From Takakia lepidozioides (Eukaryota; Plantae; Bryophyta), in contig CM060732.1 in NCBI GenBank assembly GCA_030704615.1, positions 64,356,001 through 64,420,000 on the forward strand: a stretch of DNA of 64,000 nucleotides, read 5' to 3'. Made by a program: the position numbers and the translations under genes. This document shows, one piece after another, positions 51,690-64,000 of this stretch. Numbering within the stretch: position 1 is the stretch's first letter; every line of letters begins with the position of its first letter. The notes under the pieces were generated by a model. That model was not told the origin of the DNA and did not search any database. It was given only the letters and a program-made list of their open reading frames with translations.

Positions 51690-54151
51690 GTGAAGATGAG
51701 GGAGGAATGGAGCCCTTGGTATACGGCAATCCCGAACACTGTCAGTGCCACTGGTAGTGTTGAGTGCAACCTATATGGATTAAAGCTTTCTTATCGTAAG
51801 GATCGGTTGCTCGCTCACCTCGGCTATAAAGGTGTGAAGAACACTGGGGTGGGTTTATGCCCTAAAGCATTTATGCGGGTAAAAAGCCACTTTGCCCAGT
51901 GTGAAAGCAATATTCCAATGTCTTTGGATCTGGACATGACCTCTGAGTAGAACACTCCATCTTCCCGTCAGGATGCCCCGATTAGTACCCAGGGCGACTC
52001 TTGTGAGGCTTCGGGTGTCCTTGGACAAGTAGGTTGTACCGGGGCAACACCTGCTTCAACACCTCTTTGTACCCCTACACTTCAACGGAGTAGAGGATTA
52101 CGGCAACAATCCATGCAATTAACTTGTCTGCGAAAAGACAGTTGGAAATGGGCGCAGTTTTTCTTCGAGGCCAACATACCATTTAATGTGGCAAGGCTTC
52201 CGGCATTTGTTTATGCTGTTAGAGCAACCTCGGAGTCCAGATCCACGTACGTGCCTCCGACTTATCACAATCTCCGCACAGGATTGCTAGAAGACGCCAT
52301 GACCGAGCTTACCCAAAAGGTCAACGATAGGACGGGCGCGTGCATCAGAAAATATGGAAGCACTATATATGTCGATGGTTGGAGTTCTGTCACAAACAGA
52401 CCGTTGTTCAATGTCATGCTCGTATGTCCAGTTGGGGAACAATTCTTGGGATCGGTCGACACTAGCGGCGAAAAGAAAGATGGACGTTATCAATGCCAAC
52501 TATTGACGGACTTCATCGAACAGGTCGGAAGTGATAGAATCGTGCAAATATGCACAGACAATGCCGCTAATATGAGAAACACTGCAGACATATTGTTGGC
52601 ACGTTATCCCCATATGTACTATCAAGGTTGTGCTGCTCATATCCTTGACCTCCTTTTGGAAGATTGGGGAAAAGAACAGTGGGTGAAACAACTTGTCAAG
52701 CGAGCGAAGACTGTTGTGTCGTTCATCCGCACACACCGCATCCCTTTGGCAATATATAAGAGGCACGAATCCAAATACAGCCTCCGCAATCCAGGCGAAA
52801 CTCATTTTGTCACTAACTTGTTGATGGTGGATCGGTTGGTGACGGTGAAGAGCAGTCTAGAGCACACCATCATCGATCCTCAATGGGATGCATACACACG
52901 GACATTGCGGGACTCCTGAAAAGCCAAGTCATTGGGCAAAAGTCGAAAAGTTCGAAATAACATTCGCAGCGATGATTTCTGGAAGAAATGTGAAAACTTT
53001 GTTTATATGGTTGAGCCGGTGTTAATCGTCTTGCGGGAGTTTGATGGAAAGCAACCAGTAATGGGAAAGACATGGTTACTAATGCAAAATCTTGAGAAGC
53101 ACGTCCGATCCTTGAGGCATCATCCTTTCTCCTTGAACTTGCGGACAGTGCTGAGGATGCATTTTACGACCGTCGGTCGATGGTTCGAACGGACTTGCAT
53201 TATGCGGGGGCTTTGCTCAGTCCATTCTTGTTCGACAATACCATGCTCCGAGACGACGCTGATACCAAGGCCGGCCTCGTGCGAGTGCTCATGCAACTGG
53301 CTCCGCCGAACCATGCAGAGAGAGCTATATCCGAGTACCAATGCTTCTCAGATCGCCGCGACCCTTTTAAGGACATGCCGGATCCAAAAGAACTCAATAT
53401 GCTGCCACATGAATGGTGGGATTTGATTGGAGCTGGAGCAAGAACATTGGCTCCCATTGCAAAGCGTATTCTTGCTCAAGTATGCTCTGCCTCATCTTGC
53501 GAACGCAATTGGAGCAGTTACTCATTTGTTCACAACAAGATTCGCAACAGGTTGAATCCCGCGAGGGCTGACATATTGGTGTATGTGTATACCAATTGCC
53601 GACTGCTACGTGAGAGGGTAGCGGATGATGCTATAGCATGGTATGAGAGGAATTTGCATTCCGAAGACTCTGCTTCTGAGGCTGATTTGATGAGTGACGA
53701 TACTGAGCCTCGGAGAGAATCATCTCAGAGGGAATCATCTGCCTCCGATAGTGAAGATGGATCCGATGATGCTCCTGAAAATGCGTATGACCCGTTTACA
53801 TTCACAGAGGAGGATTCTTATATCCAACCGACCTTTGATGACCTTCTTGAAGAAGTGTGTATCGCAGATGAAGGTGAAGCTGCAATTGTGTCATCCCCAG
53901 AACATGGTCATCAAAATGAAGTTGGGGTCGACCCTCGCCCTCCACTATACGCTGAAGCCACCGGTAGTGCCCCAATGGAGCTTAGGGGTGATGTACTGCC
54001 AGGACCGATTGACGTACGCAACCCTGTTCATACAAATGATGGTGTCGAACCCATTGTACAGTCAACGGGACGGGATCATGCCTCATCGATACGACAGCTC
54101 CACCACAATGCCAAAACCGATCTAGCTCCCCATCAACACAGCGGGCATTAA
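51690..54151 (+). pseudogene. hAT transposase pseudogene (BED-like finger, DUF659 region, C-terminal dimerisation domain)
   Basis: FFFEANIPFN, DGWSSVTNRPLFNV, VQICTDNA, CAAHILDLLLED and WWDLIG...IAKRILAQVCSASSCERNWSSYSFVHNKIRNRL. Stops at 51950 and 52919 and a frameshift near 53150. Confidence 0.9.
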
Positions 54152-54763
54152 GGAGCAACAGGGTTGATCTGTTTTCCACACGCATGCATCATTCTGCTGC
54201 ATTGGACCGGGCAGAAGTTGAAGCCTCGGATGATGACAACCTGCCACTACAATTCCACCTTAACCAACGTGTTGCGCAACAGACCTGTGGTTCCTCACAT
54301 GTCGGACCATCTAATGCCGGACCATCTAATGCCGGTCCATCTCGGGCAGTCCCTCCTCCGGTACATCCTTCGAGACCACCTTCGATTGCGTCCCAAGCCC
54401 ATAAACGACAGAGAACACTCCAACCTTTTGTAGGCGATCGGCCCACAAACAGGCCAGATACCGTGGATGGTATTCAAGACCGGAGCGGGAGTCGACCTCA
54501 AAGAGAACTAAATGTGGTTCGAGGTCGCTTGCAGATTCAAAGGCCTGGACATATGAGGTCGGATAGGGAGAACGATTCCAGCACTGATCATGGCAACGGT
54601 GGTGAAGTCGAGGGTGACCCAGATTTTCAACCCATCGGAGCATTAGGATTAGGATCTTCTTCGTCCCGCCGTCGAAGCAGTAGAAGGAATTGGAGCAAAA
54701 CAGCTGTAGGCATGCATCAGCACTTTTTAGTGGACATGTTTATATTTCTGTACTGAAGTAATA

Positions 54764-55492
54764 TGTCGCGCACCTCACTTCGGTAAGCTCCCCTTCAAGT
54801 CATAGTTACTCGCTTTGATGCGCGCGCCTGACTCCCAACCTGGCCGTCGGGCCAACTTGGAGCTTCGGCTGCTCACCGGGACATAACGGTCCCCCTTCGC
54901 TCTCCCACTAAAACCCTCCACCTATTTGGGCCTAGTGGAATTCCTTTTGGTAGATGGCAGTCCGGAACAGCTCCCCACTCTTTGGTCGCTTTCCGGCTCG
55001 CTCGCTTACTCACTAATTTTTGGTCACCAACGGGCTTGCACCGTTCTCGGGGTCACTACTCCCCTTATATATACTTTTGTAGCTGTCCGCGGGGGTTTCA
55101 CAACCAGCCATGCCATTTTATGGCGAACCACCACGAAAACCCTCGACTCCCGGTGATGAGTCGCGGTGAGTCTTGGCCCACTCACCACGGCCCCTATGGA
55201 CCGTGATGAGTCCCAAGACTCCCCACGACTCCCACCACGAGGTCTCCGCCCCCATGGTGAGTCCTATGCCACCCCCACTAAGTCCCGCTAAGCTACCACC
55301 ACCCCTTGTGGAGCCACCCCCACCGCAACCCGGTGTGCGGGGCTCCACCTAGTGAGCGCCTCCGCCTCCTTGAGTGCCTTGGGCACTCAAGGGTGCTTCA
55401 GCCCCCCATACCTATCGCTGCCGCTGCCCCCACCACAGGGGCAGCCCCTCATGTGTCCCGACCCCCTGCCCTCAAGGCAAAGGGCCGCGACA
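54764..55492 (-). repeat. 3' LTR of element C
   Basis: About 99% identical to 61015-61739. Preceded on the minus strand by the purine-rich GTTGGTAGGGGTGTG. Confidence 0.95.
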
Positions 55493-56396
55493 CACACCCC
55501 TACCAACAGAGAGTCGATGTCCTCATTGACTTGTCCATTTTGTAGAAACGAATATCCAAGTTGTGGCGTCCCACATCAAGGAGTTTGTTTCCGCACCATG
55601 GCGTCCCATGGCAAAGAACCAAACCCCACATTTGACTCTACTCTTCACTAGCTAGTTCGGCCGACTTCCTCCAAGTCCCGGCCAAAGGTGGAGCCTCTCC
55701 AGCTCCTCCCAGTGCACTCTTCTTGGCCTACTTCGAGGCCAAGGAACGATCCTCCCGAGGATCGAATCGCCTTACTGCAACAACATTGCTTGCGACCGCT
55801 CATGATGCCGCTTTTGGCATCACCTTGAGCAAGGGTTCACCTGGAACCCTCTTTGACTAGGAAGATAACCTTGAACCAACCGTGCGCCCCAATCACTACA
55901 ATTGGGTCCGCCTTGGAATGCTGGCCTGAGGTACGGGAACACGCCGAAGCCGCACTACGACTTCGTCCCGAGGCTACACGATTATAGTACGTGAACGGAA
56001 GCACGTGGCTTCCGCGTTAGCCCGCACTACAAGGCAACCCCCTCGGTAGCGCAGTTATAGTACGCGCACGCGCCAGGTGCGCACTAGCACGTGAACTCCC
56101 AAAGAAGGCGCAAGTTTCCTTGCCCCTCGGATGGGGGTCACCCGATTTCGGCACTACGCAAACACACGATTAACCCAATTTACCTCTCCCACTTTTATAA
56201 GCTAGCATGCATTCTACACACTAGCCAACCATGCCATGCATCACCATTCCAAACAAAATAGGACGCACAACATTTGGAAGCCATTTCATTTATAGCACGT
56301 TTTGTACAATACAAGCTTTTGCAATCGGATTCCTAAGCTAGCTAAGCCGGGCTAAGCATGCATTTCCTCCCCCACGCTCCAAGGTTGATGTCCCCA

Positions 56397-59300
56397 TCAA
56401 CGCTTCTTTCGCTTTTGAGATCGCCCTTCGAAAGCTGCAACCGCCTCGGATGCGTTTCCCATTTCTGAGGCACGCACCCAAGATGCCTCCACATGATGAT
56501 AGCCCTTCCATTTGACGAGATACTCCGTTTCTCGGTTCTTGAACCTCCTCGACTTAAGTATTGCCTCCACCTCGTACTCGGGTTCATTTTCATGATCCAA
56601 CAGCATAGGTGGCGGACGCAACACTTGATGCCGATTCGGACGCGCTTCATTTTTTAAGTAAGGCTTCAAAAGGGAGACATGGAATACTGGGTGCACCTTG
56701 CTGTTTGCCGGCAGCTCCAATTCATACACATCTTCATTCATAACCTTCTGAATGCGAAAGGGTCCCGCATACGGAGGTACGAACTTCGGACTCACTTCCG
56801 GAGGTAGTCGGAAATTCTTGATGTTCAACCAGACCTCTGTGCCTGCCTCAAACTTCACTTCCCTCCGCTTCCGATTCGCCTACCTTTCATACCGTTTCCT
56901 AGCTTTGGCAATGTTGTACTTTGCGAGCTTCAACAAATGCTCGCGTTCTTCCTGTACCGCCGTTACTGCCGGTTCCTCAACGTCCTGGGCGGCCCAACTT
57001 GTCGGCACCAGAGGTGCTTTTCCATAGACCAATACGAAACGGGAAACTCCCGTTGCGGAGTGTTCTGTGTTATTATAACAGAACTCTGCCGCGTCTAAGT
57101 ATTCCACCCAGTCTGTTTGGTTTGCCGATACGTAATTCCGCAAGATCTGCTTCACTACGGAATTCACTCTTTCCGTTTGGCCATCGGTCGTAGGTCGGAA
57201 GGCGGTGCTCATCTTCAGCCTCGTCCCCATCTTCTTCCAAAGTGTCCTCCAAAATTTACTCGTAAACTTTGGATCGCGGTCCGAGACAATATCCTTCGGG
57301 ACTCCATGATGCTTTAAGACGTTGGCGAAGTAAAGTCGCCCTGTCTCCTGTGCCGTTGCCGTCTCCTTGGTGGGGATGAAATGGCCCATTTTACTGAACC
57401 TATCCACCACCACCATGATTGCATCGAATCCTTTTGACAGCGGCATAGCAGTCATGAAATCCATCGAGACGCTTTCCCAAGTCCCCTCTGGAATCGGCAA
57501 GGGCTGTAACAGCCCCGCTTGCTTTTTGTATTCGCTCCGGTTTTGTTGGCATGTGGTGCATGTCTTGACATACTCCTCTGCCTCCTCCCTCAGTTTGGGC
57601 CAGAAATACTCTTTCTTCAAGAGTGCCGCAGTGCACTTGGCTCCGCCATGGCCCGCAAGCGGGCCATCATGGCATTCTCTCAAGAGACTATCTCTGATCC
57701 CTCCCTTCGGCACGTAGAGACGCTTTTGCTTATACCGGAGCAGTCCATTTTGCAAGTGGAACTGCGATTTAATCCCCATCCTCAAGTCCTGCATCACGGA
57801 CTTCGCCAGCTCATCCTTCCGGCAAGCCTTCCGGATCTTCCTTTGGAGCGCCGTCTCGCCCTTGTACACCAACAAGAGCTGCTGCTTTCAACTTAAAGCA
57901 TCGGCCACCACGATGTCTCGTCCCGGTTTGTACTGGATATCCACGTCGAACACCGCCAAAGTATCTTGCTACCTAAGTTGTTTTGGGGACAACTTGGGCT
58001 GCGTGGTAAAATACTTCACTGTGACATTGTCCGTGAACACCTTCACTGGGTTGGAACCAACATAGTGGCGCCAAAGCTCAAGACAGTGCACCATCGCCTT
58101 CATCTCTTTCTCGTGCGTCGGCCACCGTCGCTCCACTTCATTCAGTTTCTTACTTTCGTAAGCCACTGGACGTCCATCTTGCATCAGTACACCCCCAATC
58201 GCGAAGTCCGACGTATCTGTATGTATCTCAAACGGACGATCGAACTCCGGGATTTTCAAGACTGGAGCTTCCGCCATCCGCTGCTTCAATTCAGCAAAAG
58301 CTTGGCCACAAAAGGTGTTCCATGCCCAGACTTTAGATTTACACAGGAGGTCTGACAGCGGCCCCGCGATTTTGGCAAAATTTCTCACATACTTCCGGTA
58401 ATAGGAGGCGAGTCCTAGGAAGGATCGCACTCCCGGGACCGAAGTCGGAGGCTCCCAGTCCAAGATCGCCCTCACCTTTTTGTCATCCATTTTGATCCCA
58501 TCCTGTGTAATCACATGCCCCAGGAACTCCACTTTTGTGACCCCGAATTCGCACTTTGAAGCTTTGGCATACAGCTTCCCTTCTCGCAATTTTTGGAACA
58601 CCCTTTTCAGGTGCTCCAGGTGCTCCTCCTTTGTTTTCGAGTACACCAAGATGTCGTCGATGTACACGATCACAAAGTCATCCAACCACTCCTGGAAAAG
58701 GCTGTTCATCAGCGTGCTAAATGTCGCTGGTGCATTGGTGAGCCCAAAAGGCATCACCAAGAACTCATATGAACCATACCTTGTCCTGCACGCGGTCTTC
58801 TCCTCATCTCCTTCCGCCACCTGAATTTGATGATAGCCGGAGCGCAAGTCGATCCGGCTGAAATACTTCGCTTCTGCCAACCGATCAAAGAGGTCGTCAA
58901 TCATTGGCAAAGGGTACCGGTTTTTGATAGTCACCTTATTCAGAGCCCTGTAATCGACACACATCCGCAGCGTCCCATCCTTCTTGTCTGCAAATAGCAT
59001 CGGGGCTCCGTAAGGTGACTTACTCGGCCGGATGTACCCCTTTGACATTAGATCCTTGAACTGAGTCTTCAGCTCGACCAACTCTCTGTGGCTCAACCGG
59101 TAGGACGCCTTGGCAGGCGGTTCCGATCCCGGTATCACCTCAATCTTGTGGTCAACTCCTCTTCGCGGTGGCAAGCCGCTTGGCAAATCCTCCGGCATCA
59201 CATCATGGTATTTCTCCAAAATCCCCTTGATCCAATCTGGGCTCGGCTCTCCATCGCCTTCTCCCTTCACTTCTTTAATGTAGAGCAAAAACTGGGGCTC

Positions 59301-61013
59301 GTGTGCCTCCTCCACGGCCCACTCCCTTGCTGACAGAAGGTTTATTCGCCCTTCCACGAGTTTGGGCGTTTCCGAAACTCGTAAGACCTCGCCACCACTC
59401 CAACATGGCAGCGTGACCACCCTCTTGCGGCCATCTATGACCGCTCCGGATTTGCTCAAAAATGTCATCCCCAAAATGAGATCCACTCCATCAATCTCGC
59501 AGACGGTGAAGTTCTCACGTCCCTCCCAACTCCCCAGTTGAAGAGGAACATCAAACACCAACCTCGTCGCCAATTGCGGTTCTCCTTTGGCAGAACGCAC
59601 CTCAATAGAGGCCCCTACGTCAGTTGTCAGGAGTCCCAGCTTTTGTGCCGTTGCCGGTGTCATGAAGGAGTGCGACGCTCATGTGTCCACCAACAATGAC
59701 ACGTTAGTTCCGGATATTATCCCATCCACGAACAATAAGTGACTCCCTTTACGTAATGCGCCAGTTTCCTGATACAACTCACAAGAATATTTGCCTACCT
59801 TGCAAGTCCTGGCGACCACCGCTTCCACCAAGCGACTGATGGTTTCTTCCGACAGCTCCGTGGTTGCCCGAGTCATGTTCAATTGTCGAGGTTTCGTGCA
59901 CTTCTTGGCCATGTGCCCGGGCTCCCCGCAATTGAAACACACTCCATCAAAGGTCGCCTTCTGTCCGCCATAAGCCGCTCCACCCGCTATTCCTTTCGAA
60001 GCACCGGGTGCCGCCTTGACGTGTGAAGGCCCTTCCTTCGATTTTCACGTGCCATTGTCGCCGCGTGGCCTATCCCACTTCTTTTCCGGTCGGAAGGAGT
60101 CACCTTCCCGCCGGGTCTTCTTGTGGTTCAGCTCCGTACGGCCTTGTCTCTCACCCCTATGGACATCCGAGAAACATTCAGCCCTCTCAATTGCCTCGTT
60201 CAAAGTCTTGGGTGGCTTCTCCTCCAACTTCCGCCTGGCCCATGGGGCTAGTCCCGCCACAAAGTTGAAGACCATTTCTGGTTCCGCCATGTCCGCGACT
60301 TCGAGCAACAGCACATTGAAAGCCTGGACATACCCCCGAATGTCATCTGTTTGCTTCAAATTCCTCATCTTGTCCCGGGCAAGCCAGGACGCGTTGAGGG
60401 GCACAAACTGTCGCTTCATCAATTCCTTGAACCCACTCCAGTTCAAGGTTTCCGGACTTGGACCTCGGTCGTGAAGGCGTTTCTGCCACCATTGTTGAGC
60501 ATAGCCCCTCAAATAGGTGGGAGCCACTTCCACCCGATCCTCGTCACTCAACTTGGCCGTCGGGAAGTACTGCTCTAGCTCCAGGAGCCAGGTGTTGAGT
60601 GCCTTCCGATTTCAGACGCCCTCGAAGGTGCCGGGTTCCTTAGGCTTCACCTTAAACTTTGCCTTAGTGGAAGTGGCATTAGCCGCCTTCAACACGTCTT
60701 TCAACGTCCCGCCAAACTACGCCAACAACCCTTCTCAAAAGGCTGTCGGCATGGGAGGCATCTCTTGGTTTGTCGGAGCTCTCAAGGATTCCTCGGGCTC
60801 CGACTCCTCGGATTCCTCCTGCTCTTGAGCGGCCTCGTTTTCGGAAACATGCATCGCTTCCTCAAACGGCCGCCTCGGTGACATGTCGCCCCCATCGAGC
60901 TCACCAGGATCATCATCTTTTGGGCCGTTCCGCTTTCGCTTCGGCTTGCCTGACCCCATGATGAGGCCAATCCCAAGGACGATCGCGTACTGAACTCTAA
61001 GCTCTGATACCAA
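56397..61013 (-). pseudogene. gag-pol polyprotein of element C with in-frame stops
   Basis: CFNCGEPGHMAKKC, LVDT*A (protease site), SPYGAP...[26 protein letters not shown]...CTTCQ, TDGQTERVN, and chromodomain EYEVEAILKSR...YLVKWKGY. All ORF pieces share one frame. Confidence 0.95.
61001..61012 (-). other. Primer-binding site (tRNA-iMet)
   Basis: TGGTATCAGAGC on the minus strand, 2 nt inside the 5' LTR boundary. Confidence 0.92.
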
Positions 61014-61014
61014 G

Positions 61015-61739
61015 TGTCGTGCACCTCACTTCGGTAAGCTCCCCTTCAAGTCATAGTTACTCGCTTTGATGCGCGCGCCTGACTCCCAACCTGGCCGCCG
61101 GGCCAACTTGGAGCTTCGGCTGCTCACCGGGACATAACGGTCCCCCTTCGCTCTCCCACTAAAACCCTCCACCTATTTGGGCCTAGTGGAATTCCCTTTG
61201 GTAGATGGCAGTCCGGAACAGCTCCCCACTCTTTGGTCGCTTTCCGGCTCGCTCGCTTACTAGTTTTTGGTCACCAACGGGCTTGCACCGTTCTCGGGGT
61301 CACTACTCCCCTTATATATACTTCTGTAGCTGTCCGCGGGGGTTTCACAACCAGCCATGCCATTTTATGGCGAACCACCACGAAAACCCTCGGCTCCCGG
61401 TGATGAGTCGCGGTGAGTCTTGGCCCACTCACCACGGCCCCTATGGACCGTGATGAGTCCCAAGGCTCCCCACGACTCCCACCACGAGGTCTCCGCCCCC
61501 ATGGTGAGTCCTATGCCACCCCCACTAAGTCCCGCTAAGCTACCACCACCCCTTGTGGAGCCACCCCCACCGCAACCCGGTGTGCGGGGCTCCACCTAGT
61601 GAGCGCCTCCGCCTCCTTGAGTGCCTTGGGCACTCAAGGGTGCTTCAGCCCCCCATACCTATCGCTGCCACTGCCCCCACCACAGGGGCAGCCCCTCATG
61701 TGTCCCGACCCCCTGCCCTCAAGGCAAAGGGCCGCGACA
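61015..61739 (-). repeat. 5' LTR of element C
   Basis: Adjacent to the PBS; matches 54764-55492. Confidence 0.95.
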
Positions 61740-61939
61740 TAATACCAATGTGATCATTGTCACTATGAGTATTTGTATTGCTGTTGTGTGGCCTACGAGA
61801 GTCTTCGATGGGTATGAGATCAATGTGGCCTACGAGATCTGCTTCCACCAACAAACATGTGATCATTTCATAAGCGCTAGAACTTTGAAGCGACGATGGG
61901 CAAGGTTCTTCATCCAGATGTTCAACATGCTGAGGTCTT

Positions 61940-62225
61940 CTGTACTGTCTCTTGCTACGTAATGAGGTGCTTCTCCAACTCTTATTTTTCCAATGCTAAT
62001 ATCTTCCATCTGGAACATATCCACACATCCGTATATAACTTAAAAAAACAAATGACCATCAAAACTGGAAGCTGGGGATGAGGCTTATAAAAGTTGAGAT
62101 GGTCATTTATTTTTTTAAGGATTTCTGCACACATATATGGATCTGTTCCAGGTGGAGAATATTAACATAGTGGATAAAATGGACATGGAGAGGCACCGCA
62201 TTACGAGGCAGGAGACACTACAAAA
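61940..62225. repeat. Long imperfect foldback (inverted repeat)
   Basis: The left arm TGTCTCTTGCTACGTAATGAGGTGCTTCTCCA...CCATCTGGAACA...TTAAAAAAACAAATGACCATC pairs with the right arm GATGGTCATTTATTTTTTAA...TGTTCCAGGTGG...TGGAGAGGCACCGCATTACGAGGCAGGAGACA. Confidence 0.8.
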
Positions 62226-62299
62226 AGAGTTTCAAAGGGCATACCATGTAACAGGTCCCAGTATAATCGAAGACAAAACCCCATTCATTCAATGGGCGA

Positions 62300-63285
62300 T
62301 TGAATGGTTGCCCATCCAAATGATTTTTGTTTGTTTTCAATCTTTGCCACTACGTTCAACATACCATGTATCAGGTCCCGGAAATTCGTTCAATGGGCCA
62401 ACGGATGGTTGCCCATCCAAATGATTTTCGTTCGCTTTGAAACTTGGCCAGTGTGTTCAATGTACCCTCTGATACGTCCCAGTGTAATACGAGATCAATC
62501 AAAAATCGTTCAATTGTCCAATGAGGCGTTCACTTGTCATCTGGTTTTTTGTTCAATGCGAAAAAAAAATCCTGCAATGCGTGCACGGCTATTGCACCCA
62601 TTGAACAGATGTGGTTGAAGCCCCTCTTTTGCCCGCATGTGCTTGAACATGTGTGCAACTCATGTGCGGAGACACAACAGACGAATAAATCATTTGCCTC
62701 CCCATCGACGTGCTCCCCCCTCAAGCCATTCCACAATTTAATTTAATTTAATTTAATTTTAAGCCAATAAATAGGTTTGCACTGCCTTTCAGTGGGGGTT
62801 TCTGGCACGTATCAGTTCTGTTTTTGGCTCAATTTTGTTCTACGGCTTCTAGCATCCCATGGCTACTTCCCCGCCAAAATTTGGACCAATAAAAAATGCT
62901 TTAAAAAAAAAGTGTTCTCTTCGCTCACTATTTGCAGAACTCTCTATGAAGAATGCATGAAATAGAACACAAATCAAGTTTGGAGTGCAAAACAGGGAAG
63001 AAACTGTGGTTTTGGATCCAAATGAATTTTGATCGCTCCCAAATTTGGCACGCACGTTGCATATGGCTACATTACACGCCCCATTCAAAAACGGAATGAA
63101 AAAAAAAAATCGTGAGCACGCAATACACAGTCCAACAGGTCCCAAAGCAATAGCAGCTCCAACAGAATACATTCAACAGGTGAACGGATGGTTGCCCATC
63201 CAAATGATTTTCGTTCGCTTTGAAACTTGGCCAGTGTGTTCAATGTACCCTCTGATATGTCCCAGTGTAATATGAGATCAATCGA
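62300..63285 (+). repeat. Dispersed ~100-bp direct repeats
   Basis: AACGGATGGTTGCCCATCCAAATGATTTTCGTTCGCTTTGAAACTTGGCCAGTGTGTTCAATG... at about 62401-62500 and 63183-63282, with a diverged copy at about 62300-62370. Confidence 0.8.
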
Positions 63286-64000
63286 AATTATTTTGTGCTT
63301 TGAGAACTTTGTGGGTATGTTCGTAGAAAGATCATAGATTTTGCGAAATAATTATGAAATACGCAGGGACCAGGCGAAATTTGTTTGGAAGAGAACCGTT
63401 TGTAACTCGTTATAACTTATTTGTTAACATCAATTTTCCTTGTTCTCCAGCTTTCGGAGTTCATTGCAAATACCCATATACACTTCATGACCAAATATGA
63501 CACCATTGTAAATTTGTTTACAGGGTGAACTACTTCTTCCCCATCACACGAGTGTAAATGTGAAGAAAACGCTGCTCATGTAATTGAAATTGGCAGGTGC
63601 CGCACATATGCATTGTATATTAACAAAATTGGTGATAGACAAACTTGGCGAAATGCCATCACTGTGTTTTCCAACAATATTCAAGGTACAACAAAAATGC
63701 ATATTGTATATGTACTATGCTGCTAGTCATTCAAAGCCTAGTCGTCACTGTCCGAGGATGTGGAATTTGATGTTGTGGCCCAATTTGCATTGCCAATTGC
63801 TAGAGCTTGCGACCGTGATCTCGTGGTCAATGAGGGGCCCAATGGCATGTGATCAATTCTGACCTGCATCCGCCTACTTCGCGGTGAAAGTTGATTTTCT
63901 TCTCCACTCTCACGACATGGTGGAGGTGGATCGAGAACAAGTGCTCGGGCTGTATACAAATCGGCAACGAGGCCGTCCACATCCGGCAATACAGCCCCCA

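Larger units (their letters stand above)
54764..61739 (-). mobile_element. Full-length Ty3/gypsy chromovirus C with TAATA target-site duplication
   Basis: LTRs at 54764-55492 and 61015-61739 with TG...CA ends. TAATA at 54759-54763 and 61740-61744. tRNA-Met PBS. gag-CCHC-PR-RT-RH-INT-chromodomain in one reading frame. Confidence 0.97.

Noticed and set aside
55493-56396. Possible extra or antisense ORF in the long 3' region of element C
   Set aside because: Only short, stop-interrupted frames with no recognisable motif.

Overview
Eukaryotic nuclear DNA from a land plant, most likely a non-seed plant such as a bryophyte. This is an inference from spliced plant genes, PLS-type PPR remnants, fungal-like chromoviral and RTE-X-like retroelements and bryophyte-type repeats. 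A gene-rich core (about 10.8-44.4 kb) lies between two transposon clusters. Left cluster (1-8.5 kb): the 3' end and LTR of a chromoviral Ty3/gypsy element nested in a second degenerate gypsy pol, then an unidentified spliced C2HC-zinc-finger gene remnant. Core: an intronless PAP/fibrillin gene, a 4 x ~500 bp tandem array leading into an intronless PLATZ gene, a PPR pseudogene with an OSB-type 'WWDNR' (PDF) exon and a captured genomic GPCAT fragment, a 12-exon acetohydroxyacid synthase small subunit gene, an intronless DUF266/Core-2-I-branching glycosyltransferase, and a 16-exon DRP1 dynamin. The dynamin introns are repeatedly colonised by an RTE-X-like LINE with (CATTT)n tails that appears to insert into its own tails. 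Right cluster (44.9-64 kb): L1 LINE remnants, two one-ended CACTA fragments, a MULE-like transposase fragment, a hAT pseudogene with palindromic subterminal repeats, a full-length chromoviral gypsy element (TAATA target duplication, LTRs about 99% identical) and a foldback element. All family calls come from motif recognition by eye; no database searches were run.
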